Positions 50,025-63,104 are shown, counted from the stretch's first letter. The stretch: DNA of 64,000 bases from Escherichia coli (GCF_044324875.1 NZ_CP172185.1); one strand, 5' to 3'. Translations and numbers: made by a program. The notes: generated by a model from the letters alone, not told the origin.

Positions 50025-50945
50025 ATGAAAACTGTTTCGATAAAACATACTTACTGGGATATAGCTGCTGATATCTATTTCCCTGACGATTTTAATAGTG
50101 AAAAAAAGTATCCTGCCATTATCAGCGCCCATCCAATTGGAAGCTGCAAAGAACAGACATCGGGTAGTGTGTATGGTGCCGCCCTGGCAAAAGCTGGCTT
50201 TATCGTCATTGCTTTTGATGCCAGTTTTCAGGGAAGCAGCGGTGGAGAACCGCGTTATCTGGAAGATCCAACAATGCGAGTAAAAGACTTCAGCATTGTC
50301 GTTGATTACCTTACCACCTTACCTTACGTTGATGCCGGGCGTATTGGTGTACTGGGTATTTGTGGTGGAGGTGGATATGCCATTAATGCCGCAATGACAG
50401 AACGTCGAATTAAAGCTATTGGTACTGTCACGGGTGCAAACTACGGGCGTCTTATGCGTGAGGGATTTACAGCGTTTAATCCTATCGGAGCACTCGAAGC
50501 GATGGCGCAACAAAGAACAGACGAAGCTAACGGCGCAAAACTTCGCGTAGATGATTTACTCCCCTCTTCTCCGGATGCAGCTCTTGAAGCGGGATTAACA
50601 GAAATAGACCTTTTTGAAGCCACAGAATATTATCGTTCGCCACGAGGCTGTGCACCTAATGGGGTAAATCGTTCGCTATTCTCACATCAGACTGTTGCCG
50701 TGGGTTGGGATGCATTTCATCTTGCAGAAGTCCTGTTAACTCAACCAATAATGGTTGTGGTGGGCGATAGAGTGGGCGCATTTGGTGCCTACCGTGACGG
50801 CTGCGAAATTATTGGCCGCGCTGCCTCAAAACATAAAGAGCTGGTCGTGGTTGAAGGTTATTCACATTACGACCTGTATGATAAGCCAGAACCTGTGAAA
50901 CAGGCACTCGAAAAATTAATTCCTTTTTATAAAACACATTTGTAA
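50025..50945 (+). CDS. alpha/beta hydrolase (dienelactone-hydrolase-like), 306 aa
   Basis: GICGGGG nucleophile-elbow-like motif. Confidence 0.8.
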   Translation: MKTVSIKHTYWDIAADIYFPDDFNSEKKYPAIISAHPIGSCKEQTSGSVYGAALAKAGFIVIAFDASFQGSSGGEPRYLEDPTMRVKDFSIVVDYLTTLPYVDAGRIGVLGICGGGGYAINAAMTERRIKAIGTVTGANYGRLMREGFTAFNPIGALEAMAQQRTDEANGAKLRVDDLLPSSPDAALEAGLTEIDLFEATEYYRSPRGCAPNGVNRSLFSHQTVAVGWDAFHLAEVLLTQPIMVVVGDRVGAFGAYRDGCEIIGRAASKHKELVVVEGYSHYDLYDKPEPVKQALEKLIPFYKTHL

Positions 50946-51117
50946 TAATCTTACAGGGAGATTCCTTATCTCCCTGACATTTATCCTTTATTGACTACAC
51001 AACAATAATAAAATTACTCAAAAAGAATTCTATTAAAGGAAAAAAGCATCAAAAAGTAGCAACTCAACTTATTAAGATTATACGCATTAAAATCAGATAA
51101 ACATTTGAGGTATTGTT

Positions 51118-52260
51118 ATGACAAATAAACACCCATCATTGTTTTCTCCTTTTATGCTGACAGAAAAAATAAAGCTACGTAATCGTATCGTTATGGCCCC
51201 TATGACGACCTGGTCAGCGAATCCTGATGGAACCATCTCTGAGCAAGAACTCGAATTTTATAAACGCCGCTCACAAAATGTTGGTTTAGTAATAACAGGA
51301 TGTACCTATGTCACGCCAAGCGGCATTGGGTTTACTCATGAATTTGCCGCGTATGACGACCGTTTCATTAACAGCCTTGAAAAGTTAGCAGCGGCAGCCA
51401 AAAGTGGCGGTGCTCCGGCTATTTTGCAGATTTTCCACGCCGGTAATAAAGCCATCCCGGAGCTTGTACCAAATAACGATGTTATTAGTGCCAGCGCATC
51501 AAGCGTAAAATCTGGTGACTTTATGAAGAGAGTGGTACAAAGCAGGGAAATGACTGAAAACGAAATTCAGGAAACCATTAGAGCATTCGGAGATGTCACA
51601 AAAAGGGCGATTAAAGCAGGTTTTGATGGCATTGAACTTCATGGTGCGCACGGATTCCTTCTACAGAATTTCTTCTCCCCTCTATTTAACCAGCGTAATG
51701 ACCGATGGGGAGGAGATCTCGAAAGACGTATGCGATTCCCGCTGGCCGTATTACAGGAAGTAAAAAATGTAGTCTATGAATATGCGACAAAGCCCTTTGC
51801 CATCGGTTACAGAATATCTCCTGAAGAATCTGCAACAGGGGGGCTGCGGATAGAGGATACTTATAAACTCCTTGATCGGCTCATTGCATCCGGTATTTCG
51901 TATATACATACCTCGCTGGTCAGTATTAACGATAGCTACCCTGTTGAGTCGCCAAATGGCCCCCGAACTATTGAATTGATTTTAAATCATATTGCAGGCA
52001 GAGTGCCGGTAATCGCTGCAGGTAAAATACGCACACCGTCTCAGGCTCAAGAAGCAATTTCCACTGGCCTGCCACTTGTTGCGATCGGTAAAGGGCTGGT
52101 GATAAATCCAGAATGGGTGACTTTAGCTGAATCAGGTAGAAGCCATGAAATTCAAACAACCCTTAATCCACAACTTGTTCCTGAATTAACCATTCCGGAT
52201 AAACTATGGGATCAAATTCAGGCATCGAAAGGAACTGGCTGGTTTCCGTTAATGGATTAA
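51118..52260 (+). CDS. Old-Yellow-Enzyme family NADH:flavin oxidoreductase, 380 aa
   Basis: OYE TIM-barrel signatures (HGAHGFLL, RxGGD). Confidence 0.85.
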   Translation: MTNKHPSLFSPFMLTEKIKLRNRIVMAPMTTWSANPDGTISEQELEFYKRRSQNVGLVITGCTYVTPSGIGFTHEFAAYDDRFINSLEKLAAAAKSGGAPAILQIFHAGNKAIPELVPNNDVISASASSVKSGDFMKRVVQSREMTENEIQETIRAFGDVTKRAIKAGFDGIELHGAHGFLLQNFFSPLFNQRNDRWGGDLERRMRFPLAVLQEVKNVVYEYATKPFAIGYRISPEESATGGLRIEDTYKLLDRLIASGISYIHTSLVSINDSYPVESPNGPRTIELILNHIAGRVPVIAAGKIRTPSQAQEAISTGLPLVAIGKGLVINPEWVTLAESGRSHEIQTTLNPQLVPELTIPDKLWDQIQASKGTGWFPLMD

Positions 52261-52689
52261 ATATCTATTACTCTCCCGAGTGTAAAACTATCAAACCAAT
52301 GAGTAACCGATACAGCCTCGCAAATTCTTTCAGATAATTAACCCGTCACTGCGGCACGTTCTCTCATAAGGCGTGCCTGCTGTGTAATCCAGTATGGATC
52401 CAGCATAGTTGACGGCTTAATAGACTCAATTCCTTTCCCAGGTTACCAACAACGATATCTTGTATAACACCCCAGAAGATACGACATTATGATGAGATGA
52501 GGTATGCTCCTCAGCGCCAATCAACGCCAGGGCTGGGCCAGTTTTGAGATCAGACTCATTCCCGGACTGACTTCAGGCGACATATATCAATGACGTTGGG
52601 GCAATAAAAGATAGCCGATGTAATACATCTATTCAAATTTGTGATACATGTCAAAAAATTGGTTGACCAAACTCGTTATTTATATAAGG

Positions 52690-52714
52690 GCACTTACGAA
52701 GTGCACTCTTTTTT
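52690..52714 (+). terminator. short hairpin gcactt-acg-aagtgc followed by T6, immediately upstream of ykgR
   Basis: Seen in sequence. Confidence 0.4.
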
Positions 52715-52731
52715 AAAGCGAGGAAGTACCA

Positions 52732-52833
52732 ATGAAAGAGAATAAAGTACAACAAATCAGTCATAAACTGATTAATATCGTTGTTTTTGTCGCAATTGTA
52801 GAATACGCCTATTTATTTCTCCATTTCTATTAA
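52732..52833 (+). CDS. ykgR: small hydrophobic protein, 33 aa (MKENKVQQISHKLINIVVFVAIVEYAYLFLHFY), ykgR-like
   Basis: Own translation; GAGGAAG RBS 7 bp upstream; below the ORF-track size cutoff. Confidence 0.5.
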   Translation: MKENKVQQISHKLINIVVFVAIVEYAYLFLHFY

Positions 52834-53162
52834 TAACGGCAATAAACTGTTCACTTCAGTGATATTAAAAAATATGCATCCTCTCCCTTTTTTGTAAGTA
52901 ATTATTATATCCGTGGGAGAGGAATACACGCTGTCCGGCAATCAATCAAACTGCGATAAATCATCGGCCAGTAAAATGGAGATAGCCTCCATTCTCGAAA
53001 AATTCATACTCTCAGCGAAACCATCACTCATCAAGGCGTTTATGGGAGCGTCGCCAATGGCTGCTAACAATGCCAGACTTCCCCGTTGCCGAAATTCCAC
53101 ATACCACAAATGGTCACAGGGATTGGGTGTTGAAATGATCCGGATGAGCATGTATCTTTATG

Positions 53163-53180
53163 GTTATGTTATAACATAAC
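53163..53180 (+). promoter_or_regulatory. Zur box: perfect 18-bp palindrome GTTATGTTATAACATAAC upstream of ykgM
   Basis: Palindrome seen in sequence 12 bp upstream of ykgM start; ykgM-ykgO are known Zur-repressed paralogs. Confidence 0.75.
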
Positions 53181-53191
53181 AGGTAAAAATG

Positions 53192-53455
53192 ATGAAGCCC
53201 AATATCCATCCTGAGTATCGTACTGTGGTGTTCCACGACACCAGTGTTGATGAGTACTTTAAAATCGGCTCGACTATCAAAACAGACCGTGAGATTGAGC
53301 TGGATGGCGTAACGTATCCGTACGTGACAATTGATGTCTCTTCTAAATCGCACCCGTTCTATACAGGGAAGCTGAGAACAGTGGCATCAGAAGGAAATGT
53401 TGCACGATTCACCCAACGTTTTGGTCGTTTTGTTAGCACGAAAAAGGGGGCATGA
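53192..53455 (+). CDS. ykgM: zinc-independent ribosomal protein L31 paralog, 87 aa
   Basis: Recognised L31 type B sequence ([18 protein letters not shown]...). Confidence 0.9.
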
Positions 53456-53595
53456 TGAAAGTCCTTAACTCTCTGCGTACCGCAAAAGAACGCCATCCAG
53501 ACTGTCAGATTGTGAAGCGAAAAGGACGGCTATATGTGATTTGTAAATCTAATCCACGTTTTAAGGCCGTTCAGGGTCGTAAGAAAAAACGTTGA
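53455..53595 (+). CDS. ykgO: ribosomal protein L36 paralog, 46 aa ([46 protein letters not shown])
   Basis: Own translation; start overlaps ykgM stop (ATGA); below ORF-track cutoff. Confidence 0.85.
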   Translation: MKVLNSLRTAKERHPDCQIVKRKGRLYVICKSNPRFKAVQGRKKKR

Positions 53596-53645
53596 TTCAA
53601 AATTCGACGAATTAACGATATTTGTCTGATTAATAATCAGACCGG

Positions 53646-53684
53646 ATTAATGTTGGTGTATTTATTACACCAGCATTAATTTTC
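53646..53684 (+). terminator. rho-independent terminator after ykgMO (attaatgttggtgta / tacaccagcattaat, then TTT)
   Basis: 15-bp stem with one mismatch, followed by T-run. Confidence 0.6.
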
Positions 53685-54172
53685 CTGAGGATGTATCTTC
53701 CTGTTCATTTAAGGTCAACTGCCTGACGTTTCTCTCCGAATATTCCATTATATTAATGTTGACTTGTTGACCAGGTGCGCCCTGTATGCTGGCATCAACT
53801 CTCTTTTAGACTGAACACGCCACTCAGTTTCCTCCCTTTGCGACGCAGCCTGCATTTACACTCAAACGGTTAAGATGATAAATGTGGTAAATCTGTTGGT
53901 ACTGACATAAAAACGTTTACGCCACAGGAACGGCCTGATCCACCGGTAACCCCATCGCCGACGTTCGAGTGCCAGTTAGAGTAACGCGCACAGATGACTG
54001 AATGCAGTGCCCTGGCAAAGAGGCCATCGTTCCTGTGACAACTGGCAGTCTTCGTTTAACTTCACTTAATTTGGCTCTTAGGGGGCTTACCGGACAGATG
54101 ACGTACTTACACCTGTTTAATTTTTCATCACTTATTGGGATGAACACCCATAACCATGGTAATGACTCCAAC

Positions 54173-54676
54173 TTATTGATAGTGTTTTATGTTCAGATAA
54201 TGCCCGATGACTTTGTCATGCAGCTCCACCGATTTTGAGAACGACAGCGACTTCCGTCCCAGCCGTGCCAGGTGCTGCCTCAGATTCAGGTTATGCCGCT
54301 CAATTCGCTGCGTATATCGCTTGCTGATTACGTGCAGCTTTCCCTTCAGGCGGGATTCATACAGTGGCCAGCCATCCGTCATCCATATCACCACGTCAAA
54401 GGGTGACAGCAGGCTCATAAGACGCCCCAGCGTCGCCATAGTGCGTTCACCGAATACGTGCGCAACAACCGTCTTCCGGAGCCTGTCATACGCGTAAAAC
54501 AGCCAGCGCTGGCGCGATTTAGCCCCGACATAGCCCCACTGTTCGTCCATTTCCGCGCAGACGATGACGTCACTGCCCGGCTGTATGCGCGAGGTTACCG
54601 ACTGCGGCCTGAGTTTTTTAAGTGACGTAAAATCGTGTTGAGGCCAACGCCCATAATGCGGGCAGTTGCCCGGCAT
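54173..54676 (-). CDS. insB: IS1 InsB reading frame
   Basis: Identical to first copy. Confidence 0.9.
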
Positions 54677-54870
54677 CCAACGCCATTCATGGCCATATCA
54701 ATGATTTTCTGGTGCGTACCGGGTTGAGAAGCGGTGTAAGTGAACTGCAGTTGCCATGTTTTACGGCAGTGAGAGCAGAGATAGCGCTGATGTCCGGCGG
54801 TGCTTTTGCCGTTACGCACCACCCCGTCAGTAGCTGAACAGGAGGGACAGCTGATAGAAACAGAAGCCAC
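54595..54870 (-). CDS. insA: IS1 InsA
   Basis: Identical to first copy. Confidence 0.93.
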
Positions 54871-55396
54871 TGGAGCACCTCAAAAACACCATCATACACT
54901 AAATCAGTAAGTTGGCAGCATCACCCATGAACACCCATAACCATTTTGTGCGGCATGTTAATCCATTAAAACACCTTACTGATTGGCAAATCATCTTTAA
55001 TTATGACTCATGATAGTTTTATATTCTATTTATTATCATTTAAACTTGTTTTTTTACTAGTCCATTACACAACACATTAAGACTATTCCTAACACCTCAG
55101 GGCAAAGTTCCTGGCTAATATAAAATGCAAGTAAGAATTGAACGTTATATTGCCAATAACCTTATGAAACTGAATGTCTTTTTCTTCTTATCAAAAAAGC
55201 AATATTTTCATTTTTTGTAAATATTGACTTAACCATGGAATTCCTTTTCTGTTCACATATTGACACTCATCAGGAAAAAAACATAAATTTAAACCTAATC
55301 GAAATAATTAAAACTTAATCTCGTTTAACCTATATTGATATGTGCTACGTATCTTATTTACTTCCGATTTACTAAAGAAACTGAATGTACCTGTAA

Positions 55397-56008
<612 letters not shown>

Positions 56009-56082
56009 ACTCCAGGCAAGTTAGTTTTAAAAAATGACTCACAGGGACATCACGTCCTCAATTCAACTCGGGAAGAAAAGCA

Positions 56083-56670
56083 ATGAAAAAAAAGGTTCTG
56101 GCAATAGCTCTGGTAACGGTGTTTACCGGCATGGGTGTGGCGCAGGCTGCTGACGTAACAGCTCAGGCTGTAGCGACCTGGTCAGCAACAGCCAAAAAAG
56201 ACACCACCAGTAAGCTGGTTGTGACGCCACTCGGTAGCCTGGCGTTCCAGTATGCCGAAGGCATTAAAGGTTTTAACTCACAGAAAGGTCTATTTGACGT
56301 AGCTATCGAGGGTGACTCAACGGCTACCGCCTTTAAACTGACCTCACGTCTTATCACCAACACCTTAACCCAGTTGGATACCTCAGGTTCCACACTGAAT
56401 GTGGGCGTGGATTATAACGGCGCGGCAGTCGAAAAAACTGGCGATACCGTGATGATCGATACCGCCAACGGCGTACTGGGCGGCAACCTTAGCCCACTGG
56501 CTAACGGTTACAATGCCAGCAATCGTACCACCGCACAGGATGGTTTCACTTTCTCCATCATCAGCGGCACCACCAATGGTACCACCGCAGTAACCGATTA
56601 CAGCACTCTACCGGAAGGCATCTGGAGCGGCGACGTTAGCGTACAGTTCGACGCGACCTGGACCAGTTAA
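56083..56670 (+). CDS. ecpA: E. coli common pilus major pilin, 195 aa
   Basis: Signal peptide; recognised as EcpA/MatB. Confidence 0.93.
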   Translation: MKKKVLAIALVTVFTGMGVAQAADVTAQAVATWSATAKKDTTSKLVVTPLGSLAFQYAEGIKGFNSQKGLFDVAIEGDSTATAFKLTSRLITNTLTQLDTSGSTLNVGVDYNGAAVEKTGDTVMIDTANGVLGGNLSPLANGYNASNRTTAQDGFTFSIISGTTNGTTAVTDYSTLPEGIWSGDVSVQFDATWTS

Positions 56671-56685
56671 TCTCTCTGATGTACC

Positions 56686-56706
56686 AGCAGGGGTAGCCCC
56701 CCTGCT
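56686..56706 (+). terminator. GC-rich stem-loop (agcagggg / cccctgct) after ecpA, candidate intra-operon attenuator
   Basis: Seen in sequence; weak T-tract. Confidence 0.4.
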
Positions 56707-56727
56707 TTATTCCTGGACGGAATTGTT

Positions 56728-57396
56728 ATGAAAAAGCACCTTCTGCCTCTCGCTCTGCTGTTTTCCGGAATATCTCCGGCCCAGGCGCTGGATGTCGGCG
56801 ATATATCATCGTTTATGAACAGTGACAGCAGCACGCTGAGCAAAACGATCAAAAACAGTACCGACAGTGGTCGCCTTATCAATATCCGTCTCGAACGGCT
56901 CTCTTCACCGCTTGACGACGGGCAGGTTATCTCAATGGACAAGCCGGATGAGTTGCTACTCACTCCCGCCAGCTTGCTGCTACCCGCCCAAGCCAGCGAA
57001 GTGATCCGCTTCTTCTATAAGGGACCCGCAGATGAAAAAGAGCGCTACTACCGCATTGTCTGGTTTGATCAGGCCCTCAGTGATGCGCAGCGCGATAATG
57101 CCAACCGTAGCGCTGTGGCCACTGCTTCCGCCCGCATCGGCACCATTCTGGTCGTCGCCCCTCGCCAGGCGAACTACCACTTTCAGTACGCCAACGGCTC
57201 CCTGACAAATACAGGAAATGCGACGCTGCGGATCCTCGCCTACGGCCCCTGCCTGAAAGCCGCCAATGGTAAGGAGTGTAAAGAGAATTACTACCTGATG
57301 CCGGGCAAGTCGCGTCGTTTTACCCGCGTGGACACGGCGGATAACAAAGGACGGGTTGCACTTTGGCAGGGTGATAAGTTCATTCCCGTGAAATAG
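56728..57396 (+). CDS. ecpB: pilus chaperone, 222 aa
   Basis: Recognised as EcpB. Confidence 0.9.
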   Translation: MKKHLLPLALLFSGISPAQALDVGDISSFMNSDSSTLSKTIKNSTDSGRLINIRLERLSSPLDDGQVISMDKPDELLLTPASLLLPAQASEVIRFFYKGPADEKERYYRIVWFDQALSDAQRDNANRSAVATASARIGTILVVAPRQANYHFQYANGSLTNTGNATLRILAYGPCLKAANGKECKENYYLMPGKSRRFTRVDTADNKGRVALWQGDKFIPVK

Positions 57397-57421
57397 ATAG
57401 CTGTGCAGATGGATAACGACA

Positions 57422-59947
57422 ATGCCTTTACGACGGTTCTCCCCAGGACTGAAAGCCCAGTTTGCCTTCGGCATGGTCTTTTTGTTCGTTCAGCCCGATG
57501 CCAGCGCTGCTGACATAAGTGCGCAGCAAATAGGTGGGGTGATTATTCCGCAGGCCTTCAGTCAGGCGCTCCAGGACGGCATGAGCGTCCCGCTTTATAT
57601 TCATCTCGCCGGTAGCCAGGGTCGCCAGGACGATCAGCGAATCGGAAGCGCTTTTATCTGGCTGGATGATGGACAGCTACGCATCCGGAAAATACAGCTG
57701 GAAGAGAGTGAAGATAACGCCAGTGTCAGCGAACAAACTCGACAGCAGCTGATGGCTCTGGCGAACGCCCCGTTCAATGAGGCCCTTACCATCCCCCTGA
57801 CTGACAACGCGCAGCTGGATCTCAGCTTGCGCCAACTGCTGCTGCAGCTAGTGGTCAAGCGCGAAGCGCTGGGCACCGTACTACGCTCACGTAGCGAAGA
57901 CATCGGGCAGTCCAGTGTTAACACCCTCAGCAGTAATCTGAGCTATAACTTCGGCGTCTATAACAACCAGTTGCGTAACGGCGGGAGCAACACATCCAGC
58001 TATCTGTCGCTGAATAACGTTACTGCACTGCGCGAACATCACGTGGTGCTCGACGGCTCGCTGTACGGGATCGGTAGCGGTCAACAGGACAGTGAATTAT
58101 ATAAAGCGATGTATGAACGCGATTTTGCCGGTCACCGATTTGCCGGTGGAATGCTCGACACCTGGAACTTGCAGTCCTTAGGGCCGATGACCGCCATTTC
58201 AGCAGGGAAGATTTACGGCCTTTCCTGGGGAAACCAGGCCAGCTCCACCATCTTCGACAGCAGCCAGTCAGCCACGCCAGTGATCGCCTTTTTACCGGCG
58301 GCGGGCGAAGTACATCTCACCCGTGATGGGCGGCTATTAAGCGTTCAGAACTTCACCATGGGCAATCATGAAGTGGATACCCGGGGTCTACCGTACGGTA
58401 TTTACGATGTGGAAGTTGAGGTGATCGTTAACGGTCGCGTGATCAGCAAACGTACTCAACGGGTCAATAAGCTGTTTAGCCGGGGGCGCGGCGTCGGTGC
58501 ACCACTGGCGTGGCAGATATGGGGCGGTAGCTTTCATATGGATCGCTGGTCGGAAAACGGGAAAAAGACGCGACCAGCTAAAGAGAGTTGGCTGGCAGGT
58601 GCCTCGACCTCCGGCTCACTGAGTACGCTTAGCTGGGCGGCAACGGGATATGGATACGATAATCAGGCGGTGGGTGAAACCCGTCTGACGCTGCCGCTTG
58701 GGGGGGCGATCAACGTTAACCTGCAAAACATGCTGGCCAGTGACAGCTCATGGAGCAACATCGCCAGCATCAGCGCCACTCTACCGGGAGGCTTCAGTTC
58801 GCTGTGGGTTAACCAGGAAAAAACCCGCATTGGCAATCAATTGCGACGTAGCGATGCCGACAACCGTGCAATCGGCGGCACACTCAACCTGAACTCACTG
58901 TGGTCGAAGCTGGGTACGTTCAGCATCAGCTACAATGATGACCGCCGCTACAACAGCCATTATTACACGGCAGATTACTATCAAAGTGTCTACAGCGGTA
59001 CCTTTGGTTCGCTTGGCCTGCGGGCCGGTATTCAGCGCTATAACAACGGCGACAGCAGCGCCAATACAGGGAAATATATCGCTCTCGATCTCTCGCTACC
59101 ACTGGGCAACTGGTTTAGCGCAGGGATGACCCATCAAAACGGCTACACCATGGCAAACCTGTCAGCACGCAAACAGTTTGATGAAGGAACCATTCGCACT
59201 GTTGGTGCCAATCTGTCACGAGCCATCTCCGGCGATACCGGTGATGACAAAACCCTCAGCGGTGGGGCGTATGCACAGTTCGACGCTCGTTACGCCAGCG
59301 GAACGCTGAACGTTAATAGCGCGGCGGACGGCTACATCAATACCAATTTGACCGCCAACGGCAGCGTCGGCTGGCAGGGTAAAAACATCGCTGCCAGCGG
59401 GCGGACCGATGGCAACGCTGGGGTGATATTCGACACTGGCCTGGAGAACGATGGTCAGATCAGCGCCAAAATCAACGGGCGGATTTTCACGCTTAACGGC
59501 AAGCGTAACTATCTCCCGCTCTCTCCCTATGGAAGATATGAGGTGGAGTTGCAGAACAGCAAAAACTCACTCGACAGTTACGATATCGTCAGCGGTCGCA
59601 AAAGCCATCTGACTCTCTATCCAGGCAATGTCGCTGTCATTGAGCCAGAGGTGAAGCAGATGGTTACCGTCTCCGGTCGTATCCGTGCGGAAGACGGCAC
59701 ACTGCTGGCTAACGCACGGATTAACAACCATATCGGCCGAACCCGAACCGATGAAAACGGCGAGTTTGTCATGGACGTAGATAAGAAATACCCCACTATC
59801 GATTTTCGCTACAGTGGCAATAAAACCTGCGAAGTGGCACTGGAACTCAACCAGGCGCGCGGTGCCGTCTGGGTCGGTGATGTGGTCTGCAGCGGCCTCT
59901 CATCGTGGGCGGCGGTGACGCAGACAGGAGAAGAGAATGAGAGTTAA
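57422..59947 (+). CDS. ecpC: pilus usher, 841 aa
   Basis: Recognised as EcpC. Confidence 0.92.
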   Translation: MPLRRFSPGLKAQFAFGMVFLFVQPDASAADISAQQIGGVIIPQAFSQALQDGMSVPLYIHLAGSQGRQDDQRIGSAFIWLDDGQLRIRKIQLEESEDNASVSEQTRQQLMALANAPFNEALTIPLTDNAQLDLSLRQLLLQLVVKREALGTVLRSRSEDIGQSSVNTLSSNLSYNFGVYNNQLRNGGSNTSSYLSLNNVTALREHHVVLDGSLYGIGSGQQDSELYKAMYERDFAGHRFAGGMLDTWNLQSLGPMTAISAGKIYGLSWGNQASSTIFDSSQSATPVIAFLPAAGEVHLTRDGRLLSVQNFTMGNHEVDTRGLPYGIYDVEVEVIVNGRVISKRTQRVNKLFSRGRGVGAPLAWQIWGGSFHMDRWSENGKKTRPAKESWLAGASTSGSLSTLSWAATGYGYDNQAVGETRLTLPLGGAINVNLQNMLASDSSWSNIASISATLPGGFSSLWVNQEKTRIGNQLRRSDADNRAIGGTLNLNSLWSKLGTFSISYNDDRRYNSHYYTADYYQSVYSGTFGSLGLRAGIQRYNNGDSSANTGKYIALDLSLPLGNWFSAGMTHQNGYTMANLSARKQFDEGTIRTVGANLSRAISGDTGDDKTLSGGAYAQFDARYASGTLNVNSAADGYINTNLTANGSVGWQGKNIAASGRTDGNAGVIFDTGLENDGQISAKINGRIFTLNGKRNYLPLSPYGRYEVELQNSKNSLDSYDIVSGRKSHLTLYPGNVAVIEPEVKQMVTVSGRIRAEDGTLLANARINNHIGRTRTDENGEFVMDVDKKYPTIDFRYSGNKTCEVALELNQARGAVWVGDVVCSGLSSWAAVTQTGEENES

Positions 59948-61580
59948 CCTACTGATAGCGATGATAATATTTGCGCTAATCTGGCCTGCAACCGCGCTCA
60001 GAGCTGCAGTGAGCAAAACAACCTGGGCGGATGCACCGGCAAGCGAGTTTGTGTTTGTCGAAAACAACTCAGACGACAACTTTTTCGTCACGCCTGGCGG
60101 GGCGCTGGATCCGCGCCTGACCGGTGCCAACCGCTGGACCGGTTTAAAATACACTGGCTCAGGAACCATCTATCAACAAAGCCTCGGCTACATTGATAAC
60201 GGTTACAACACCGGCCTCTATACCAACTGGAAGTTTGATATGTGGCTGGAAAATTCGCCGGTTTCATCTCCTTTAACTGGCTTACGCTGCATCAACTGGT
60301 ACGCAGGGTGTAATATGACCACCAGTCTTATCCTGCCGCAAACCACCGACGCCAGTGGATTTTATGGCGCGACGGTGACCAGCGGCGGCGCGAAGTGGAT
60401 GCACGGCATGTTGTCAGACGCGTTTTACCAGTATATGCAACAAATGCCCGTCGGCAGCAGCTTTACAATGACCATCAATGCCTGCCAGACCTCAGTGAAC
60501 TATGACGCCAGCAGCGGCGCGCGTTGTAAGGATCAGGCCTCCGGAAACTGGTATGTTCGCAATGTCACCCATACAAAAGCAGCAAATCTGCGGTTGATAA
60601 ATACCCACTCGCTGGCGGAGGTGTTTATCAACAGCGACGGAGTACCGACTCTGGGCGAAGGGAACGCCGACTGCCGGACACAAACCATCGGCAGCCTTTC
60701 AGGATTAAGTTGTAAGATGGTTAACTATACCCTGCAAACAAACGGACTCAGCAACACCTCAATCCATATCTTCCCGGCGATCGCCAACTCGTCGTTAGCC
60801 TCGGCCGTCGGGGCGTACGATATGCAGTTCAGTCTGAATGGCAGTTCATGGAAACCGGTGAGCAATACTGCCTATTACTACACCTTCAACGAGATGAAGA
60901 GCGCAGACTCGATCTATGTTTTCTTCTCGAGCAACTTCTTTAAACAGATGGTGAACCTCGGGATCAGCGATATCAACACCAAAGATCTGTTCAACTTTCG
61001 CTTTCAGAACACCACATCACCGGAGTCTGGCTGGTATGAATTTTCTACCTCCAACACGCTGATTATCAAACCCCGTGATTTCAGCATCAGTATTATCTCC
61101 GATGAATATACTCAGACACCGTCGCGGGAGGGATATGTCGGCAGCGGCGAGTCGGCACTCGATTTCGGCTATATCGTAACCACCAGCGGTAAAACAGCTG
61201 CCGACGAAGTGCTGATCAAGGTGACCGGACCCGCGCAGGTGATTGGCGGGCGCTCCTATTGTGTCTTCAGCTCCGATGACGGTAAGGCGAAAGTACCGTT
61301 CCCGGCGACGCTTTCCTTTATTACCCGCAACGGAGCTACAAAAACCTACGATGCCGGGTGCGATGATAGCTGGCGGGATATGACCGATGCGCTGTGGCTG
61401 ACCACACCGTGGACTGATATCTCTGGCGAAGTGGGGCAGATGGATAAGACCACAGTCAAATTTTCGATTCCAATGGATAACGCCATTTCGCTGCGTACGG
61501 TAGATGATAACGGCTGGTTTGGCGAAGTCAGCGCTTCAGGAGAAATTCATGTTCAGGCGACGTGGCGTAACATTAACTAA
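59937..61580 (+). CDS. ecpD: pilus tip adhesin, 547 aa
   Basis: Recognised as EcpD. Confidence 0.9.
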   Translation: MRVNLLIAMIIFALIWPATALRAAVSKTTWADAPASEFVFVENNSDDNFFVTPGGALDPRLTGANRWTGLKYTGSGTIYQQSLGYIDNGYNTGLYTNWKFDMWLENSPVSSPLTGLRCINWYAGCNMTTSLILPQTTDASGFYGATVTSGGAKWMHGMLSDAFYQYMQQMPVGSSFTMTINACQTSVNYDASSGARCKDQASGNWYVRNVTHTKAANLRLINTHSLAEVFINSDGVPTLGEGNADCRTQTIGSLSGLSCKMVNYTLQTNGLSNTSIHIFPAIANSSLASAVGAYDMQFSLNGSSWKPVSNTAYYYTFNEMKSADSIYVFFSSNFFKQMVNLGISDINTKDLFNFRFQNTTSPESGWYEFSTSNTLIIKPRDFSISIISDEYTQTPSREGYVGSGESALDFGYIVTTSGKTAADEVLIKVTGPAQVIGGRSYCVFSSDDGKAKVPFPATLSFITRNGATKTYDAGCDDSWRDMTDALWLTTPWTDISGEVGQMDKTTVKFSIPMDNAISLRTVDDNGWFGEVSASGEIHVQATWRNIN

Positions 61581-62259
61581 GGCCCTGCTGACAGCGGTCT
61601 GTATGCTGGCGGCACCTTTGACACAGGCGATTTCGGTCGGCAATCTGACATTTTCGCTGCCGTCCGAGACTGACTTTGTCAGCAAACGTGTAGTGAATAA
61701 CAACAAAAGCGCACGGATATACCGTATTGCCATCAGTGCTATTGATAGCCCGGGCAGCAGTGAATTGCGCACCCGACCGGTGGATGGTGAACTACTTTTC
61801 GCCCCCCGCCAGCTGGCGTTGCAGGCTGGTGAGAGCGAGTATTTTAAATTTTACTATCATGGTCCACAGGATAACCGCGAGCGCTACTACCGGGTCTCAT
61901 TTCGCGAGGTCCCCACTCGCAACCAGACAAGACGCAGCCCAACCGGCGGCGAGGTCAGCACGGAGCCGGTGGTGGTGATGGATACCATTCTGGTAGTACG
62001 ACCACGTCAGGTTCAGTTTAAATGGTCCTTCGACCAGGTGACAGGAACGGTAAGTAACACCGGCAACACGTGGTTTAAGCTACTGATTAAACCAGGATGT
62101 GATTCGACCGAAGAGGAAGGCGACGCCTGGTATCTACGTCCGGGAGACGTTGTTCATCAGCCTGAGTTACGTCAGCCGGGGAATCATTATCTGGTCTATA
62201 ACGACAAATTCATTAAGATTAGCGATTCCTGTCCGGCTAAGCCCCCTTCGGCGGACTAA
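61549..62259 (+). CDS. ecpE: second pilus chaperone, 236 aa (start [10 protein letters not shown])
   Basis: Recognised as EcpE; overlaps ecpD end. Confidence 0.85.
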   Translation: MFRRRGVTLTKALLTAVCMLAAPLTQAISVGNLTFSLPSETDFVSKRVVNNNKSARIYRIAISAIDSPGSSELRTRPVDGELLFAPRQLALQAGESEYFKFYYHGPQDNRERYYRVSFREVPTRNQTRRSPTGGEVSTEPVVVMDTILVVRPRQVQFKWSFDQVTGTVSNTGNTWFKLLIKPGCDSTEEEGDAWYLRPGDVVHQPELRQPGNHYLVYNDKFIKISDSCPAKPPSAD

Positions 62260-62571
62260 GACTTATCCATCGGTCGAGGGAAGAACTCCACCTCAGAGCC
62301 CCAAAAATCGTTTAAATGATGTGGAAGCGATCGTCAATATCACCTGTAACGATGGGCTTTCTCATATGCACACAATAGTGTTCAGGAGACACGGAAAGGT
62401 ACCAGGCAGCCTGCTAACGAGTGGTTTATTCACGAATTAGTACGTAAAATCGGTAACGGCTGGAAATCATTCAATACTCACACTATCGAAAGTTCCCCAG
62501 CCAACCGCGGTACGTTCTTACATACGATGTACCGCTGTTCTCTTTACGATTTATAGCTGTACTGGTGAATT

Positions 62572-62901
62572 ATGAGCAATCTGAATCCATGCATGACGTG
62601 TGGTGCCTGTTGTGCATTTTTCCGCGTCTCTTTTTACTGGGCCGAAGCCGACGATGCTGGCGGTACCATTCCCGCCAGGCTCACTGAACAAATATCCCCT
62701 TTTCACCGATGCATGAGCGGTACCAATCAGAAAAACCCCCGATGTATTGCCCTTGCAGGAACACCGGGCAAAAATGCCTGCTGCACGATATATAAAAATC
62801 GATCGTCCACGTGCAGAGAATTCGCCATGTCTGGTGAGAACGGAGTCGTCAATGAGGCTTGCAATCGTGCAAGAGCTAAATACGGGCTGACACCGTTATA
62901 A
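62572..62901 (+). CDS. ykgJ: cysteine-rich ferredoxin-like protein, 109 aa
   Basis: Recognised as YkgJ. Confidence 0.85.
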
Positions 62902-62923
62902 ATATGCAATAATTAATTGCACT

Positions 62924-62957
62924 GCCCCGCCAGCTATAATCGCGGGGCTTCGTTTTT
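62924..62957 (+). terminator. rho-independent terminator after ykgJ (gccccgc / gcggggc, then TTCGTTTTT)
   Basis: 7-bp GC stem plus T-run. Confidence 0.6.
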
Positions 62958-63104
62958 CAGGGATAACAAAACCCGAAACTTCTTCCATCTGCCAGCAACA
63001 ATGCCTCTTCCTCTATAGTGTTCTCCGGATCTACAGCATCCTGAAGTAGCGCGATGTACTCATTGGCTATCTGCATCAGAAAGTTAAAAACAATGTTTTT
63101 AACC

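Larger units (their letters stand above)
54158..54925 (-). mobile_element. IS1, 768 bp, second copy, same orientation as the first
   Basis: Same termini as first copy; flanked by an 18-bp direct repeat atgaacacccataaccat. Confidence 0.95.

Noticed and set aside
52913-53179. 88-aa ORF upstream of ykgM
   Set aside because: It overlaps the Zur operator and promoter, has no RBS and no recognisable domain.
53917-54238. 84-aa and 78-aa ORFs next to the second IS1
   Set aside because: Both start or end inside IS1 sequence, so they are junction artefacts; I could not support a ykgL call here.
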